Shown: positions 19,101 through 28,781, counted from the first letter of the stretch. The stretch is 32,000 nucleotides of DNA from Microcystis aeruginosa NIES-2549 (GCF_000981785.2 NZ_CP011304.1:1710001-1742000); one strand, 5' to 3'. Notes: generated by a model not told the origin, from the letters alone. Numbers and translations are program-made.

Positions 19101-21653
19101 TTAAACCACGACAAAATTAACTAATTTGCCCGGGACAACAATCACTTTTTTGATTTCCTTGCCCTCTAAATAACGTTGGGCGATTTCTGATTCCAGGGCG
19201 AGGGTTTCTAGGGTGCTTTTATCGGCACTAGCGGGAACTTGTATCGTGCCTCTGGTTTTTCCCAAAATTTGGATGACAAGGGTAATCTCGTCCACAATCA
19301 GGGCAGTAGGATCAACTTTTGGCCAGGGTTGCAGGTGAATTGATTGGCTATGGCCTAAAGCTTGCCACAATTCTTCGCTAAGATGGGGAGCAAAGAGGGA
19401 AAGTAAGATTAATAGGGTTTCGATTCCTTCCCGATAAATGGGGGATGCAAAACACTTATTATCCCCTAAAGCGTTACTGAGTTTCATCAATTCGGAAATA
19501 GCGGTATTAAATTGATAATCTCCTTCTAAATCCTCGGAGATTTCTTTAATAGCGGTGTGAATTGCCCGTCTTAAATCCTTGTCAGTTTTCGAGAAAGTTT
19601 CTATTTTTTTGACTTGCTTGGGTTTATTTTCAATATATTCGCTGACTAAACGCCACACCCGATTAAGAAAGCGAAATTGTCCTTCTACCCCCGCATCATC
19701 CCACTGTAAATCTTTTTCTGGGGGTGCAGTAAAAAGTATAAACATTCGAGCAGTATCGGCCCCATATTTTTCCAAGACTTTCAGAGGATCAACGCCGTTA
19801 TATTTCGACTTAGACATTTTTTCAAAGAAGAAAGATAGAACTTCTCCCGTGTCTTTATCGCAATATTTATCCTCTTTATAGATAACATTTTCTGCGGGGA
19901 CATATTTGCCAGTTTCGGGATTTTTGTAGGTTAATCCCTGTACCATTCCCTGGGTTAATAGACGGTTAAAAGGTTCATCGACATTAACTAAACCTCGGTC
20001 TCTTAAAACTTTGGTAAAGAAACGAGAATAGAGTAAATGTAGGATAGCGTGTTCGATTCCTCCGACGTATTGATCCACGGGCATCCAATCATTAACCTTC
20101 TCGAATTGAAAGGGTATATCTTCATTTTTAGCATCGGTATAACGGAGGAAATACCAACTAGAATCGATGAAAGTATCCATGGTGTCCGTTTCCCGTTTTG
20201 CGGGAGTGCCACAGCGAGGACAATCCACATTTACCCAGTCTTCTAATTTGGCTAAAGGAGAAGCACCTCGACCGCTAAATTCGACATTTTCTGGTAAAGT
20301 AACGGGTAAATTATCGATAGGTACTGGCACGGTTCCACAGTTAGGACAGTGGATAACTGGAATCGGACAACCCCAATATCTTTGACGGGAAATTAACCAA
20401 TCCCGGAGACGATATTGTATTCTAGCTTTGCCGTAACCTTGGGCAGTGGCATAATCAATAATAGCGGTTTTTCCTGCTGTAGAATGCAGCCCATTAAATT
20501 GAGCGGAATTAATCATAATTCCCGCTTCTGTGTAAGCATCTTTTAACTCAATTTCGCCACTTTCTGGAGTAATAACTATCTTAATTGGCAGGTTATTTTC
20601 GTGAGCAAATTTAAAATCGCGACTGTCGTGAGCCGGGACTCCCATCACTGCACCAGTACCGTATTCGTAGAGGACATAATCAGCAATTAAAATCGGAATT
20701 TCTTCACCAGTAAAAGGATTAATTGCCAGTCCTCCGGTTTTAATACCGCGTTTGGGTTTATCTTCGGCAGTTCTTTCTAATTCGCTTTCGCTGGCTATCT
20801 CTTGAATAAAAGTTTCTACGGCCGATTTTTGTTCGGGAGTGGTAACTTGTAAAGTTAAGGGATGTTCGGGAGCAAGTACCACATAAGTCACTCCATAAAC
20901 CGTATCGGGACGAGTGGTAAAAACGGCAATTTTTTCTGTGGAATTAACAAGAGGAAATTCTAAATAAGCACCTACCGATTTACCAATCCAGTTGGCCTGC
21001 ATGGTTTTAACCCGTTCCGGCCAACCGGTAAGTTTATCTAAATCAGTGAGTAATTGTTCGGCATAATCGGTGATTTTTAGGAACCATTGCCGGAGTAATT
21101 TTCTTTCTACTTTAGCACCCGATCGCCAAGATTTTCCTTCACTATCTACCTGTTCATTGGCCAACACAGTTTGATCGATAGGATCCCAATTCACTGCCGC
21201 TTCTTTTTGGTAGGCTAATCCCGATTCAAAAAACTGTAAAAATAGCCGTTGGGTCCAACGATAATATTCTGGGGAACAGGTGGCAACTTCTCTTTCCCAA
21301 TCGATAGATAATCCTAACTGTTGTAATTGCCGTTTCATCTGGGCAATATTTTGATCAGTCCATTTTGCCGGAGGAACTCCCCTTTCAATAGCGGCATTTT
21401 CTGCGGGTAATCCGAAAGCATCCCACCCCATGGGATGCAGCACGCGATAACCCTGCATTCTTTTCAGACGGGCAATCACATCGGTAATAGTATAGTTGCG
21501 AACGTGACCCATGTGCAGGTTGCCCGATGGATAGGGGAACATGGAGAGGGCGTAAAATTTCGGTTTATCGGCGTTTTCTGGGGTTTTGTCCAATCCCATT
21601 TGCTGCCAAATCTTCTGCCATTTCTGTTCGATTTCTGCGGGGTTGTACTGCAC
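19101..21653 (-). CDS. leuS: Leucine--tRNA ligase
   Basis: 850 aa. HIGH-type motif ([10 protein letters not shown]), KMSKS present, CP1 editing domain length. Confidence 0.97.
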   Translation of the reverse strand: MQYNPAEIEQKWQKIWQQMGLDKTPENADKPKFYALSMFPYPSGNLHMGHVRNYTITDVIARLKRMQGYRVLHPMGWDAFGLPAENAAIERGVPPAKWTDQNIAQMKRQLQQLGLSIDWEREVATCSPEYYRWTQRLFLQFFESGLAYQKEAAVNWDPIDQTVLANEQVDSEGKSWRSGAKVERKLLRQWFLKITDYAEQLLTDLDKLTGWPERVKTMQANWIGKSVGAYLEFPLVNSTEKIAVFTTRPDTVYGVTYVVLAPEHPLTLQVTTPEQKSAVETFIQEIASESELERTAEDKPKRGIKTGGLAINPFTGEEIPILIADYVLYEYGTGAVMGVPAHDSRDFKFAHENNLPIKIVITPESGEIELKDAYTEAGIMINSAQFNGLHSTAGKTAIIDYATAQGYGKARIQYRLRDWLISRQRYWGCPIPVIHCPNCGTVPVPIDNLPVTLPENVEFSGRGASPLAKLEDWVNVDCPRCGTPAKRETDTMDTFIDSSWYFLRYTDAKNEDIPFQFEKVNDWMPVDQYVGGIEHAILHLLYSRFFTKVLRDRGLVNVDEPFNRLLTQGMVQGLTYKNPETGKYVPAENVIYKEDKYCDKDTGEVLSFFFEKMSKSKYNGVDPLKVLEKYGADTARMFILFTAPPEKDLQWDDAGVEGQFRFLNRVWRLVSEYIENKPKQVKKIETFSKTDKDLRRAIHTAIKEISEDLEGDYQFNTAISELMKLSNALGDNKCFASPIYREGIETLLILLSLFAPHLSEELWQALGHSQSIHLQPWPKVDPTALIVDEITLVIQILGKTRGTIQVPASADKSTLETLALESEIAQRYLEGKEIKKVIVVPGKLVNFVVV

Positions 21654-21790
21654 TGGGGTTTTTTCTCCTGAGTTTTATCTATCCTTCCTATTTTACAGCA
21701 GCCGGCTGGGGGCGATTGTCAGTCTTGCGGTTATCTACCCTAGCAAAAACCCGATGGGTTTTAAGTAAGTGGTTCTAATTAAATATGAAC

Positions 21791-21817
21791 ATAGATTTTG
21801 CCTCCGATCCCCCCTCT
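21791..21817. repeat. G-run short repeat, reverse orientation, abutting the left IS end
   Basis: The rc, agaggggggatcggaggcaaaatctat, resembles caggggggatcgaacctaaaatctat at 6529-6554. Confidence 0.5.
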
Positions 21818-23404
21818 CTATCCATTAGTCAGATCTTTCTTAACAAAAAGAGAAGAAACTTAAAAAAAGGGGAAACGATTGATAGGTATAGTTTTGAAAG
21901 AAGGAATTAAGGCCGAGGTGAGCAAAAAAATGGAGAAATGGGCAGCCCAAGAATTACAGTATGCAGACCTAGGGGACACGAGAAGAAAGAAAAGGTTAAT
22001 CAGTATCGTAGAAAACTTGGCCAGTCAATTTAATACAAGTGTTCTATAAGCTTCGGAAAATCTAGCGGCAGCGAGTGCCACCTACGACTTTTGGAATTCA
22101 CCCTATTTTCACCCCTCATATCTAATTGCCGCTCAAGCCAAAAGTACAGTAGAAAGAATCAAAGAACATCCAATAGTTTTGGCAGTTCAAGACACAACAA
22201 GTTTAGACTTTACGACGCAAAAAGCCAAAAAGGGAATGGGTTATCTAGACTGTAAAAAATCCTTTGGTCTCAAAGTTCATACCACATTAGGACTGTCACC
22301 GCAAGGAATACCTTTAGGACTGATTAATCAATATGTCTGGGCAAGAGAAGAAAAGAATTTAGGGATTGCCAAGCAGCGAAAAAAAAGAGAAACCCAAGAA
22401 AAAGAAAGTCAAAGATAGTTAAATTCTTTGTCAGAAACACAATAACAAATACCCGAAGAAATTCAAGTAGTAACAATCGGAGATTGTGAGGCAGACATAT
22501 TTGATTTATTTGCCCAGTCAAGAAATCCTAACTCTCATTTATTAATCCGAGGAACTCATAAACGAAAAGTTAACTATCTCGAAGACAAGGAAAAGTCAGG
22601 GCATCCAGAGACTAAATATTTACATCAATCCATCAGAGAAATAAAAGCCTGTGGTACCCTAGATGTGCAAGTAAAACGCAATCCTAATCACGAGGCTAGA
22701 CTAGCTAAACTAACAGTTAGATTTGCCAGTTTTGAAATACAAGTACCTAAGCATCACTCGAAAGCGAACCCTCGTCAACCGGTCAAATTACAGGGAATTT
22801 TAGCTGAAGAAGAAAATCCTCATCCCGGAGTTAATCCTATCAGTTGACTCCTCTTAACTAGCCTAGACATTAGTAGCTTTGAATCGGCGATAACCTGTGT
22901 GCGCTGGTATAGTTATCGCTGGTTGATAGAACGCTATCATTTTGTTTTAAAAAGTGGTTGTGGATTAGAAAAACTGCAATTAGAAACGGGTCGGAGAATT
23001 GAGATGGCTTTAGCTACCTATTCAATTGTAGCTTGGAGATTACTCTGGTTAACCTATCAAGCACGCTTACACGGAGAGGAGAGTTGTGAAAGTTTTTTGG
23101 AAGAACATGAATGGCAATCTTTGTGTGCCACTATTCATAAAAAGAGTCCGCCACCTGACAAGCCGCCCTCCTTTCGAGAAGCGGTCAGAATGATTGCTTC
23201 TCTTGGGGGGTTTTTAGGTAGAAAAGGCGACGGTGAACCAGGTGTTAAAACTATTTGGTTGGGACTGCGAAGGTTACATGATATCAGCGAGACTTGGAAA
23301 CTATCTCATCAAATTAGTTCCCCCATAGAACCCCCTTGAGCCATCTGGCACACTTTTCTCTTTTTGTCAAATTTTATGTTAAGAAAGATGTGACTAATGG
23401 ATAG
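21818..23404 (+). mobile_element. IS4-family (IS50/Tn5-like) insertion sequence, 1587 bp, decayed
   Basis: Terminal inverted repeats ctatccattagtcaGatctttcttaaca (21818-21845) and rc of 23377-23404, ctatccattagtcaCatctttcttaaca (27/28 match). The internal transposase frame is broken. I could see no target-site duplication. Confidence 0.85.
21930..23339 (+). pseudogene. Tn5-like DDE transposase, disrupted by stops and frameshifts
   Basis: Pieces read MEKWAAQELQYADLGDTRRKKRLISIVENLA..(TAA ~22047)..LAVQDTTSLDF..QEKESQR(stop 22416)..IGDCEADIF..(stop 22845)..YRWLIERYHFVLKSGCGLE..ASLGGFLGRKGDGEPGVKTIWLGL. These match the Tn5 Tnp landmarks (DTTS, CDREADI, YxxRWxIEExHKxxK, ARLGGF). There are at least three disruptions. 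Confidence 0.85.
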
Positions 23405-23445
23405 CCTTAATAAGGGGGGCGGGGTGATCTGAAAGTTTTTAATAC
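23405..23445. repeat. G-run short repeat, forward orientation, abutting the right IS end
   Basis: ccttaataaggggggcggggtgatctgaaagtttttaat resembles cccttatcaaggggggcaggggggatcgaacc..tttttaat at 6511-6560. Confidence 0.5.
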
Positions 23446-23475
23446 TTATCTACTTAATTAGGGTTTGCTGAAAAA

Positions 23476-23566
23476 GTAGGGGCGAAGCATTTGGGCATAA
23501 CCTATCGCTGAAACCGTAGATTTCCTATCCGAATGCTTCGCCCCTACCCCAAATTTTTCTCTAGCA
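23476..23566. mobile_element. MITE family 1, copy 2, plus the aatttttctctagcaa linker
   Basis: gtaggggcgaagcatttgggcataacctatcgctgaaaccgtagatttcctatccgaatgcttcgcccctacccc followed by aaatttttctctagcaa. The same MITE-plus-linker unit occurs at 27896-27988. Confidence 0.8.
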
Positions 23567-23669
23567 ACGCACCAAATAAATTAATGATAGGTGTGGTGCG
23601 TTACGACGGATTGTTAGATTTAAGTTTAAGCAGAGATTATCGCCGTCTAACGCACCCTACATTTTACTA
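23566..23669. mobile_element. MITE-like repeat family 2, copy A (left arm missing)
   Basis: 104 bp, aacgcaccaaataaattaatgat..cgccgtctaacgcaccctacattttacta, matches 27630-27733 with 3 mismatches by my count. Confidence 0.8.
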
Positions 23670-23703
23670 CATTTTACTTGCAACAAGGAAATAATTCCTA
23701 ATT

Positions 23704-26700
23704 TTAAGGAAGTCCCAGACAATAGAACGCCCCCCAGTAACGATAATCCTGAAAAGGCACTGCATCGGGAGCAAATTCGTCAAGCCACTTGATCAATTCG
23801 CCGATTTTCTGATAATTAGCCCCAGCAGTATTGACGTTGGGATCGTTAGTTTGGCGCATTTGTCGCCAAGTCTGATAAGCCTGCTGATAATCGACTGTCA
23901 AACTGTCCCGCCAGTCTTTTTGGCAAGTCTCCCGCAGCGCTTGACGAGCCTGATGTAGAGCCGTTAAACGTTCCTCTCCGGCCCGCCTGGCGCGATGGTA
24001 CTCCCGGGAAAACAGCGCCGTAGCTCGATCAGTCACCGCCCAATGACTACTAATCACAGCACGAGCGCCCCCCAACAGAAAGCCTGTACCTAAGCTGAGG
24101 GGTTCGTCCAGTAATTCCGGTCGCAGGTTTCCCTCTTCATCTCGGAAACCGGCAAAACTGAGACCGGTTTCACAACAGGAGAGAAACACTTCCGACAATT
24201 CGGGAAAACGCCACAGGGGACTAAGTAAATCCCGGAGGGTGACTTTTTGCTCCCCGTCTAGGACGAGGTGGGAGTTGAGGGGATCATCGGGGCGGCTGGT
24301 GGCGTGGTGGCTGGAGAGCAACGCCTGCACTTGTTTCAGCAATTGCAGATAAGAGTCGGGGGTGACAGTGCGCCCCTGTAGCCGCCGTTGGCGAGGCACA
24401 TTCCAGGTTTGGGCGACCCACTCACACTCTAGGGGAGTATAGGGCAAATCCTCTGTGGTGTTTTCCACAATCCCCAGGGTGTCGGGAGTGGGTTGCGATC
24501 GCTCTTGGCACAGTCCGAGAATTTTCGTACTGGGGACAAACTGAAGGCGAAAGCGATCGCCCAGTAGTTGACCTTGGGCGGTGGGTAGAAGGTCGAAGGG
24601 AATTTGGTGCAGGAACAGGTGGGGAATCAGAATTAACTCAGTGATGCCCTGGAGGTGCTGTTGGATGAGGGTGTCGAATTGCAGGCGGGTTGCCAGTTCT
24701 TGCAGACGAGTGGCCATAGCTTGGTGCCACTCATCCCGACGCTGCTGGCGGGATTGGGGGGTCTTTGCTTGATTAATCGCAATGTAGGGGTTAACCCAGT
24801 TGTCGATCAGCCAGTTTTGCAGGTCGTTGGCGGACTCCGGGGGATTGGGAATAGTGTGGCAGTTGACCCCTTCCCCGCCATCCCGGGAGGGGCGACGCAG
24901 GACAAAGATGTGGGTATGGGTGGCGGTGGTGTAGAAGCTGAGGAGGGCAGTCTGGGGGGATGGAAGCAGCGCCGTTAGCTCATCGAGTCGGGGTTGGGGT
25001 TGGGGTTGCTGAAGTTGGGCGGTGATGGCATCAAAGCGGTAGAGAGCGTCCCAGGCTTGACGTTCGGCGGCTTCGGCGGCCTGGAGTTGTTCCGTGGCAA
25101 AGCTGGCGCGGGTGTTACCGATGGGGTAGAGTTGGGGTTTCTGGGTGAATCCGGGCTGGTCGAGGGGGTTTTGACGGAGTTGGGATTGGATCTGACGGCT
25201 ATCCTTAACCTGCTGATACCAGGCTTGGATCTCTGGGGGAACGCGCCCATCGGCGTAGAGGTCGCCCACAGCGATCAGGTCGGCGAGGCGTTTGGAGCGG
25301 GAACGTTCGACGGTTCGCAACGCCAGGGAGAGATCGCCTTGGTTAACGGCGGCTTGGATTAGGTTTTCATAAACGCCGATAGACTCGCGGACAATCTCTT
25401 GGCGAAGGACTTCACTGGTTGCCCAGGCGCGGCTTTGTTCAACGGCTTCCACGGCGGCGCTGTAGCCTTCGATGGCGATGTTCCACCAACCCTGCTGGAA
25501 ACCGAGATTGCCTAAGCTGCGCCCAGTTCTCAGGGTGTCAGCCGGTAAGAGAGCGGGGTTGAGAAAGGAAAGTGCTTCTCGATAATTGGCGATCGCCCGT
25601 TCTAGGTTGGCTACCGGCTCTTTCCCCAGTTCGGCTTGGGTGCGGTAGGCATTGCCCAGATTAGTGAGGGTTCCGGCTAAATCCCTTTCTAATCCGGGTT
25701 GGCGGCGGATGGTGGTGGCTTCGGTGAGGGCAGCGATCGCCCGTTCTAGGTTGGCTACCGGCTCTTGACCCAGTTGGGCTTGGGTGTAGTAGGCTACGCC
25801 CAGATTAGTGAGGGTTCCGGCTAAATCCCTTTCTAATCCGGGTTGGCGGAAGATGGTGGTGGCTTCGGTATAGGCGGCGATCGCCCGTTCTAGGTTGGCC
25901 ACTGGCTCTTTCCCTAGTTGGGCTTGGACGCAGTAGGCATTGCCCAGATTAGCGAGGGTTTGGGCTAAATCCCTTTCTAATCCCATTTCACGGCGGATGG
26001 TGGCGGCTTCCTTGAGGGCGGCCATCGCCCGTTCTAGGTTGACCACCGGCTCTTTCCCCAGTTCGGCTTGGGTGACGTAGGCATTGCCCAGATTATTGAG
26101 GGTTTCGGCTAAATCCCTTTCTAATCCGGGTTGGCGGCGGATGGTGGCGGCTTCCTTGAGGGCGGCCATCGCCCGTTCTAGGTTGACCACCGGCTCTTTC
26201 CCCAGTTCGGCTTGGGTGACGTAGGCATTGCCCAGATTATGGAGAGTTTGGGCTAAATCCCTTTCTAATCCCGGTTGGCGGCGGATAGTGGTGGCTTCGG
26301 TATAGGCGGCGATCGCCCGTGCTAGGTTAGCCACTGGATCTTTCCCCAGTTCGGCTTGAGTGCTGTAGGCATTGCCCAAATTATTGAGGGTTCGGGCTAA
26401 ATCCCTTTCTAATCCCAGTTGGCGGCGGATGGTGGCGGCTTCGGTGTGGGCGGCGATCGCCCGTTCTAGGTTGGCTACCGGCTCTTTCCCTAGTTGGGCT
26501 TGGGTGCGGTAGGCTATGCCCAGATTAGTGAGGGTTTGGGCTAAATCCCTTTCTAATCCCAGTTGGCGGCGGATGGTGGTGGCTTCCGTGTAGGTGGCGA
26601 TTGCCCGTTCTAGGTTAGCCACCGGCTCTTGCCCCAGTTGGGCTTGGACGCCGTAGGCATTGCCCAGATTATTGAGGGTTTGGGCTAAATCCCTTTCTAA

Positions 26701-27579
26701 TCCCGGTTGGCGGCTGATGGTGGTGGCTTCGGTGAAGGCGGCGATTGCCTGTTCTAGGTTGGCCACCGGCTCTTGACCCAGTTGGGCTTGGGTGCCGTAG
26801 GCTATGCCCAGATTATTGAGGGTTGTGGCTAAATCCCTTTCTAATCCCGGTTGGCGGCGGATGGTGGTGGCTTCGTTGTAGGCGGCGATCGCCCGTTCTA
26901 GGTTGGCCACTGGCTCTTGACCCAGATCGGCTTGGGTGCAGTAGGCTATGCCCAGATTATTGAGGGTTTGGGCTAAATCCCTTTCTAATCCCGGTTGGCG
27001 GTAAGTTGTGGTGGCTTCGTTGTAGGCGGCGATTGCCCGTTCTAGGTTGGCCACGCAAAATTCGTATCCATAGACGGCAATGGCTAGGTTAATGCGTGGA
27101 TTACCTTTAGGAAATTCACGAAAAGCATCAGCAAGGTAATAGAGTATTGCCGCTAGTTGGTAAGTTTCCTCTGGACTGGCTTGTTCCTTGGTATTATTTC
27201 CCCAAGCACGGAGGAGGTTAACTAAGTTTTCATCTAAGAGATGGAGGTTATTGTCGAGCAGGGGATAAATTACTTGGCGGTTTCCGTCACTTTCCTCGAC
27301 AGTTTGCAGTAGGGTTTGTAAAAAACTGCCGTAGGGGTCTTGGTTGTCTCTGGGCGGTTCTAAAAATTGCTCTAACTGTTGCGCCATATTCAGCAACCAT
27401 CTCCCTTCATTGCTGTCTCCTTGCTGTTCTAAGAAGCCTGCATACTGCTTCATCACAGCGACTAAGCCTGCATCAACTAATTCCGCGTTAGCCTCTAATA
27501 GCGCTGGTTCCTGACCATTTTCGCACTGGAGGAGCGCTTGGATTAGGGCTAAGTAAGCTTCTATTCTTGCTTCGTTCAT
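23704..27579 (-). CDS. TPR-repeat protein with C-terminal CHAT (caspase-like His/Cys protease) domain
   Basis: 1291 aa. Ten 48-aa TPR-like units (NLERAIAAYxEATTIRRQPGLERDLAQTLNNLGxAYxTQAxLGxEPVA). The C-terminal region matches CHAT landmarks: LLSSHHATS (His codons 24304-24309), VFLSCCETG (Cys codons 24172-24177), GARAVISSHWAVTDRATALF. Confidence 0.9.
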   Translation of the reverse strand: MNEARIEAYLALIQALLQCENGQEPALLEANAELVDAGLVAVMKQYAGFLEQQGDSNEGRWLLNMAQQLEQFLEPPRDNQDPYGSFLQTLLQTVEESDGNRQVIYPLLDNNLHLLDENLVNLLRAWGNNTKEQASPEETYQLAAILYYLADAFREFPKGNPRINLAIAVYGYEFCVANLERAIAAYNEATTTYRQPGLERDLAQTLNNLGIAYCTQADLGQEPVANLERAIAAYNEATTIRRQPGLERDLATTLNNLGIAYGTQAQLGQEPVANLEQAIAAFTEATTISRQPGLERDLAQTLNNLGNAYGVQAQLGQEPVANLERAIATYTEATTIRRQLGLERDLAQTLTNLGIAYRTQAQLGKEPVANLERAIAAHTEAATIRRQLGLERDLARTLNNLGNAYSTQAELGKDPVANLARAIAAYTEATTIRRQPGLERDLAQTLHNLGNAYVTQAELGKEPVVNLERAMAALKEAATIRRQPGLERDLAETLNNLGNAYVTQAELGKEPVVNLERAMAALKEAATIRREMGLERDLAQTLANLGNAYCVQAQLGKEPVANLERAIAAYTEATTIFRQPGLERDLAGTLTNLGVAYYTQAQLGQEPVANLERAIAALTEATTIRRQPGLERDLAGTLTNLGNAYRTQAELGKEPVANLERAIANYREALSFLNPALLPADTLRTGRSLGNLGFQQGWWNIAIEGYSAAVEAVEQSRAWATSEVLRQEIVRESIGVYENLIQAAVNQGDLSLALRTVERSRSKRLADLIAVGDLYADGRVPPEIQAWYQQVKDSRQIQSQLRQNPLDQPGFTQKPQLYPIGNTRASFATEQLQAAEAAERQAWDALYRFDAITAQLQQPQPQPRLDELTALLPSPQTALLSFYTTATHTHIFVLRRPSRDGGEGVNCHTIPNPPESANDLQNWLIDNWVNPYIAINQAKTPQSRQQRRDEWHQAMATRLQELATRLQFDTLIQQHLQGITELILIPHLFLHQIPFDLLPTAQGQLLGDRFRLQFVPSTKILGLCQERSQPTPDTLGIVENTTEDLPYTPLECEWVAQTWNVPRQRRLQGRTVTPDSYLQLLKQVQALLSSHHATSRPDDPLNSHLVLDGEQKVTLRDLLSPLWRFPELSEVFLSCCETGLSFAGFRDEEGNLRPELLDEPLSLGTGFLLGGARAVISSHWAVTDRATALFSREYHRARRAGEERLTALHQARQALRETCQKDWRDSLTVDYQQAYQTWRQMRQTNDPNVNTAGANYQKIGELIKWLDEFAPDAVPFQDYRYWGAFYCLGLP
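25609..27048. repeat. Intragenic tandem array, 10 x 144 bp (TPR units)
   Basis: Period confirmed from coordinates: cggcggatgg at 25991 and at 26135. A 106-bp stretch, 25991-26096, recurs exactly at 26135-26240. Confidence 0.9.
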
Positions 27580-27605
27580 GATTGGTTTTAGGTTTTAGTA
27601 GTTTT

Positions 27606-27733
27606 TAGTAGGGTGCGTTAGCGATAGCGTAACGCACCAAATAAATTAATGATAGATGTGGTGCGTTACGACGGATTGTTAGATTTAAGTTTAAGCAGAA
27701 ATTGTCGCCGTCTAACGCACCCTACATTTTACT
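27606..27733. mobile_element. MITE-like repeat family 2, copy B (full length, ~128 bp)
   Basis: tagtagggtgcgttagcgatagcgtaacgcacc..gtggtgcgttacgacgg..cgccgtctaacgcaccctac. Two hairpins are built on the arms GGTGCGTTA/TAACGCACC, and the outer termini tagggtgcgtta/taacgcacccta are inverted. Confidence 0.8.
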
Positions 27734-27806
27734 ATTTGGGGATGGGGAGTGAGTGCGATCATGGATTTTAAGCTATAATCAAAGATGTTGATTTATCCCA
27801 TGAAGT
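27734..27806. repeat. 73-bp direct repeat R3, copy a
   Basis: atttggggatggggagtgagtgcgatcatggattttaagctataatcaaagatgttgatttatcccatgaagt. A near-identical copy lies at 27994-28065. Confidence 0.85.
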
Positions 27807-27809
27807 TTT

Positions 27810-27890
27810 TAGTAGGGTGCGCCCTTCGATAGCGTAACGCACCAAACAAATTAATGATAGATGTGGTGCGTTACGACGGATTGTTAGATG
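27810..27890. mobile_element. MITE family 2, copy C (left part only, variant left hairpin)
   Basis: tagtagggtgcgcccttcgatagcgtaacgcaccaaacaaattaatgatagatgtggtgcgttacgacggattgttagatg, then interrupted by family 1. Confidence 0.75.
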
Positions 27891-27895
27891 ATTGA

Positions 27896-27988
27896 GTAGG
27901 GGCGAAGCATTCGGACAATAACCTATTACTGAAACCCTAGATTTCCTATCCGAATGCTTCGCCCGTACCCCGAATTTTTCTCTAGCAA
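27896..27988. mobile_element. MITE family 1, copy 3, plus linker
   Basis: gtaggggcgaagcattcggacaataacctattactgaaaccctagatttcctatccgaatgcttcgcccgtacccc followed by gaatttttctctagcaa. Confidence 0.8.
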
Positions 27989-27993
27989 ACTCA

Positions 27994-28065
27994 ATTGGGG
28001 ATGGGGGGTGAGTGCGATCATGGATTTTAAGCTATAATCAAAGATGTTGATTTATCCCATGAAGT
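27994..28065. repeat. Direct repeat R3, copy b, immediately upstream of vapB; contains TATAAT
   Basis: attggggatggggggtgagtgcgatcatggattttaagctataatcaaagatgttgatttatcccatgaagt. TATAAT at 28033-28038, 32 nt before the ATG at 28070. Confidence 0.85.
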
Positions 28066-28069
28066 AACA

Positions 28070-28336
28070 ATGTTATCGATTAATCTAGATCGAGAAACCG
28101 AGAACTATCTAGCAGACATCATTTCCGAAGAGAATATTAGCTCAGAAGAACTTCTGAAAAAACTCATTTACGAACATTGGCAAAGCTTAAAACCGCGTAA
28201 AACTTTATTACAACGCCGGGGAGGTCATCCTCAGCATCTTTTAGAAAATGCTCCACCTGATTTGTCATTGCGAGAAAACCGCAAAAAAGTAGTAGCAGAA
28301 TATATACAAAACCATCATCAGCAAGATCATTCATGA
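28070..28336 (+). CDS. vapB: Ribbon-helix-helix (CopG/VapB-type) antitoxin
   Basis: 88 aa. The N-terminal MLSINLDRETENYLADIISEENISSEELLKKLIYEHW fits a beta-strand plus two-helix RHH pattern. There is a 4-nt ATGA overlap with the downstream PIN gene. Confidence 0.7.
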   Translation: MLSINLDRETENYLADIISEENISSEELLKKLIYEHWQSLKPRKTLLQRRGGHPQHLLENAPPDLSLRENRKKVVAEYIQNHHQQDHS

Positions 28337-28755
28337 CAAATTATCCCCCCAAAATTATTACAGATAGCAGTATTTTATTCGCCTATTACAGTTCCCAAGA
28401 TAATTATCATCGGGCTGTCGTCAACTTTTTTGAACAATGTTCCAGCGACTTGATTACAACTGTTGCTTGTATAACAGAAGTAATGTATCTTTTAAGCCAT
28501 AATTATCGAACACAAAATGAATTTTTAAGTGATTTATCCCACCAGCTTTATCAATGTATTCCCCTTTTACCACAGGATTTTGCCAGAATTATACAACTGA
28601 ATGAACAATACGCTGACCTACCGGGAGATTTTGCAGATCTATCTTTAATAACTATTTCTGAAAGACTTAATATTTCTGCAATTATTACCTTAGATAGTGA
28701 CTTTGATATTTATCGCCGTTATCGAAAAGAACCTTTTGAACGAATCTATTTATAA
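28333..28755 (+). CDS. vapC: PIN-domain toxin (VapC-like ribonuclease)
   Basis: 140 aa. Acidic PIN residues are in the expected order (IITDSSIL, ITEVMYL, FADLSLI, ITLDSDF). Translationally coupled to the antitoxin. Confidence 0.8.
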   Translation: MTNYPPKIITDSSILFAYYSSQDNYHRAVVNFFEQCSSDLITTVACITEVMYLLSHNYRTQNEFLSDLSHQLYQCIPLLPQDFARIIQLNEQYADLPGDFADLSLITISERLNISAIITLDSDFDIYRRYRKEPFERIYL

Positions 28756-28781
28756 CAATAAAATTTCAGGGCTATTTTATT

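Noticed and set aside
24581-25362. Plus-strand ORFs (63-122 aa) and a minus-strand off-frame ORF inside the TPR-CHAT gene
   Set aside because: These are Gly/Arg-rich antisense or off-frame translations of a GC-rich coding region, with no independent support.
25609-27048. Regular 144-bp periodicity as a non-coding satellite or CRISPR-like array
   Set aside because: The period is a multiple of 3 and lies inside one uninterrupted 1291-codon ORF. It encodes coherent TPR-like units.
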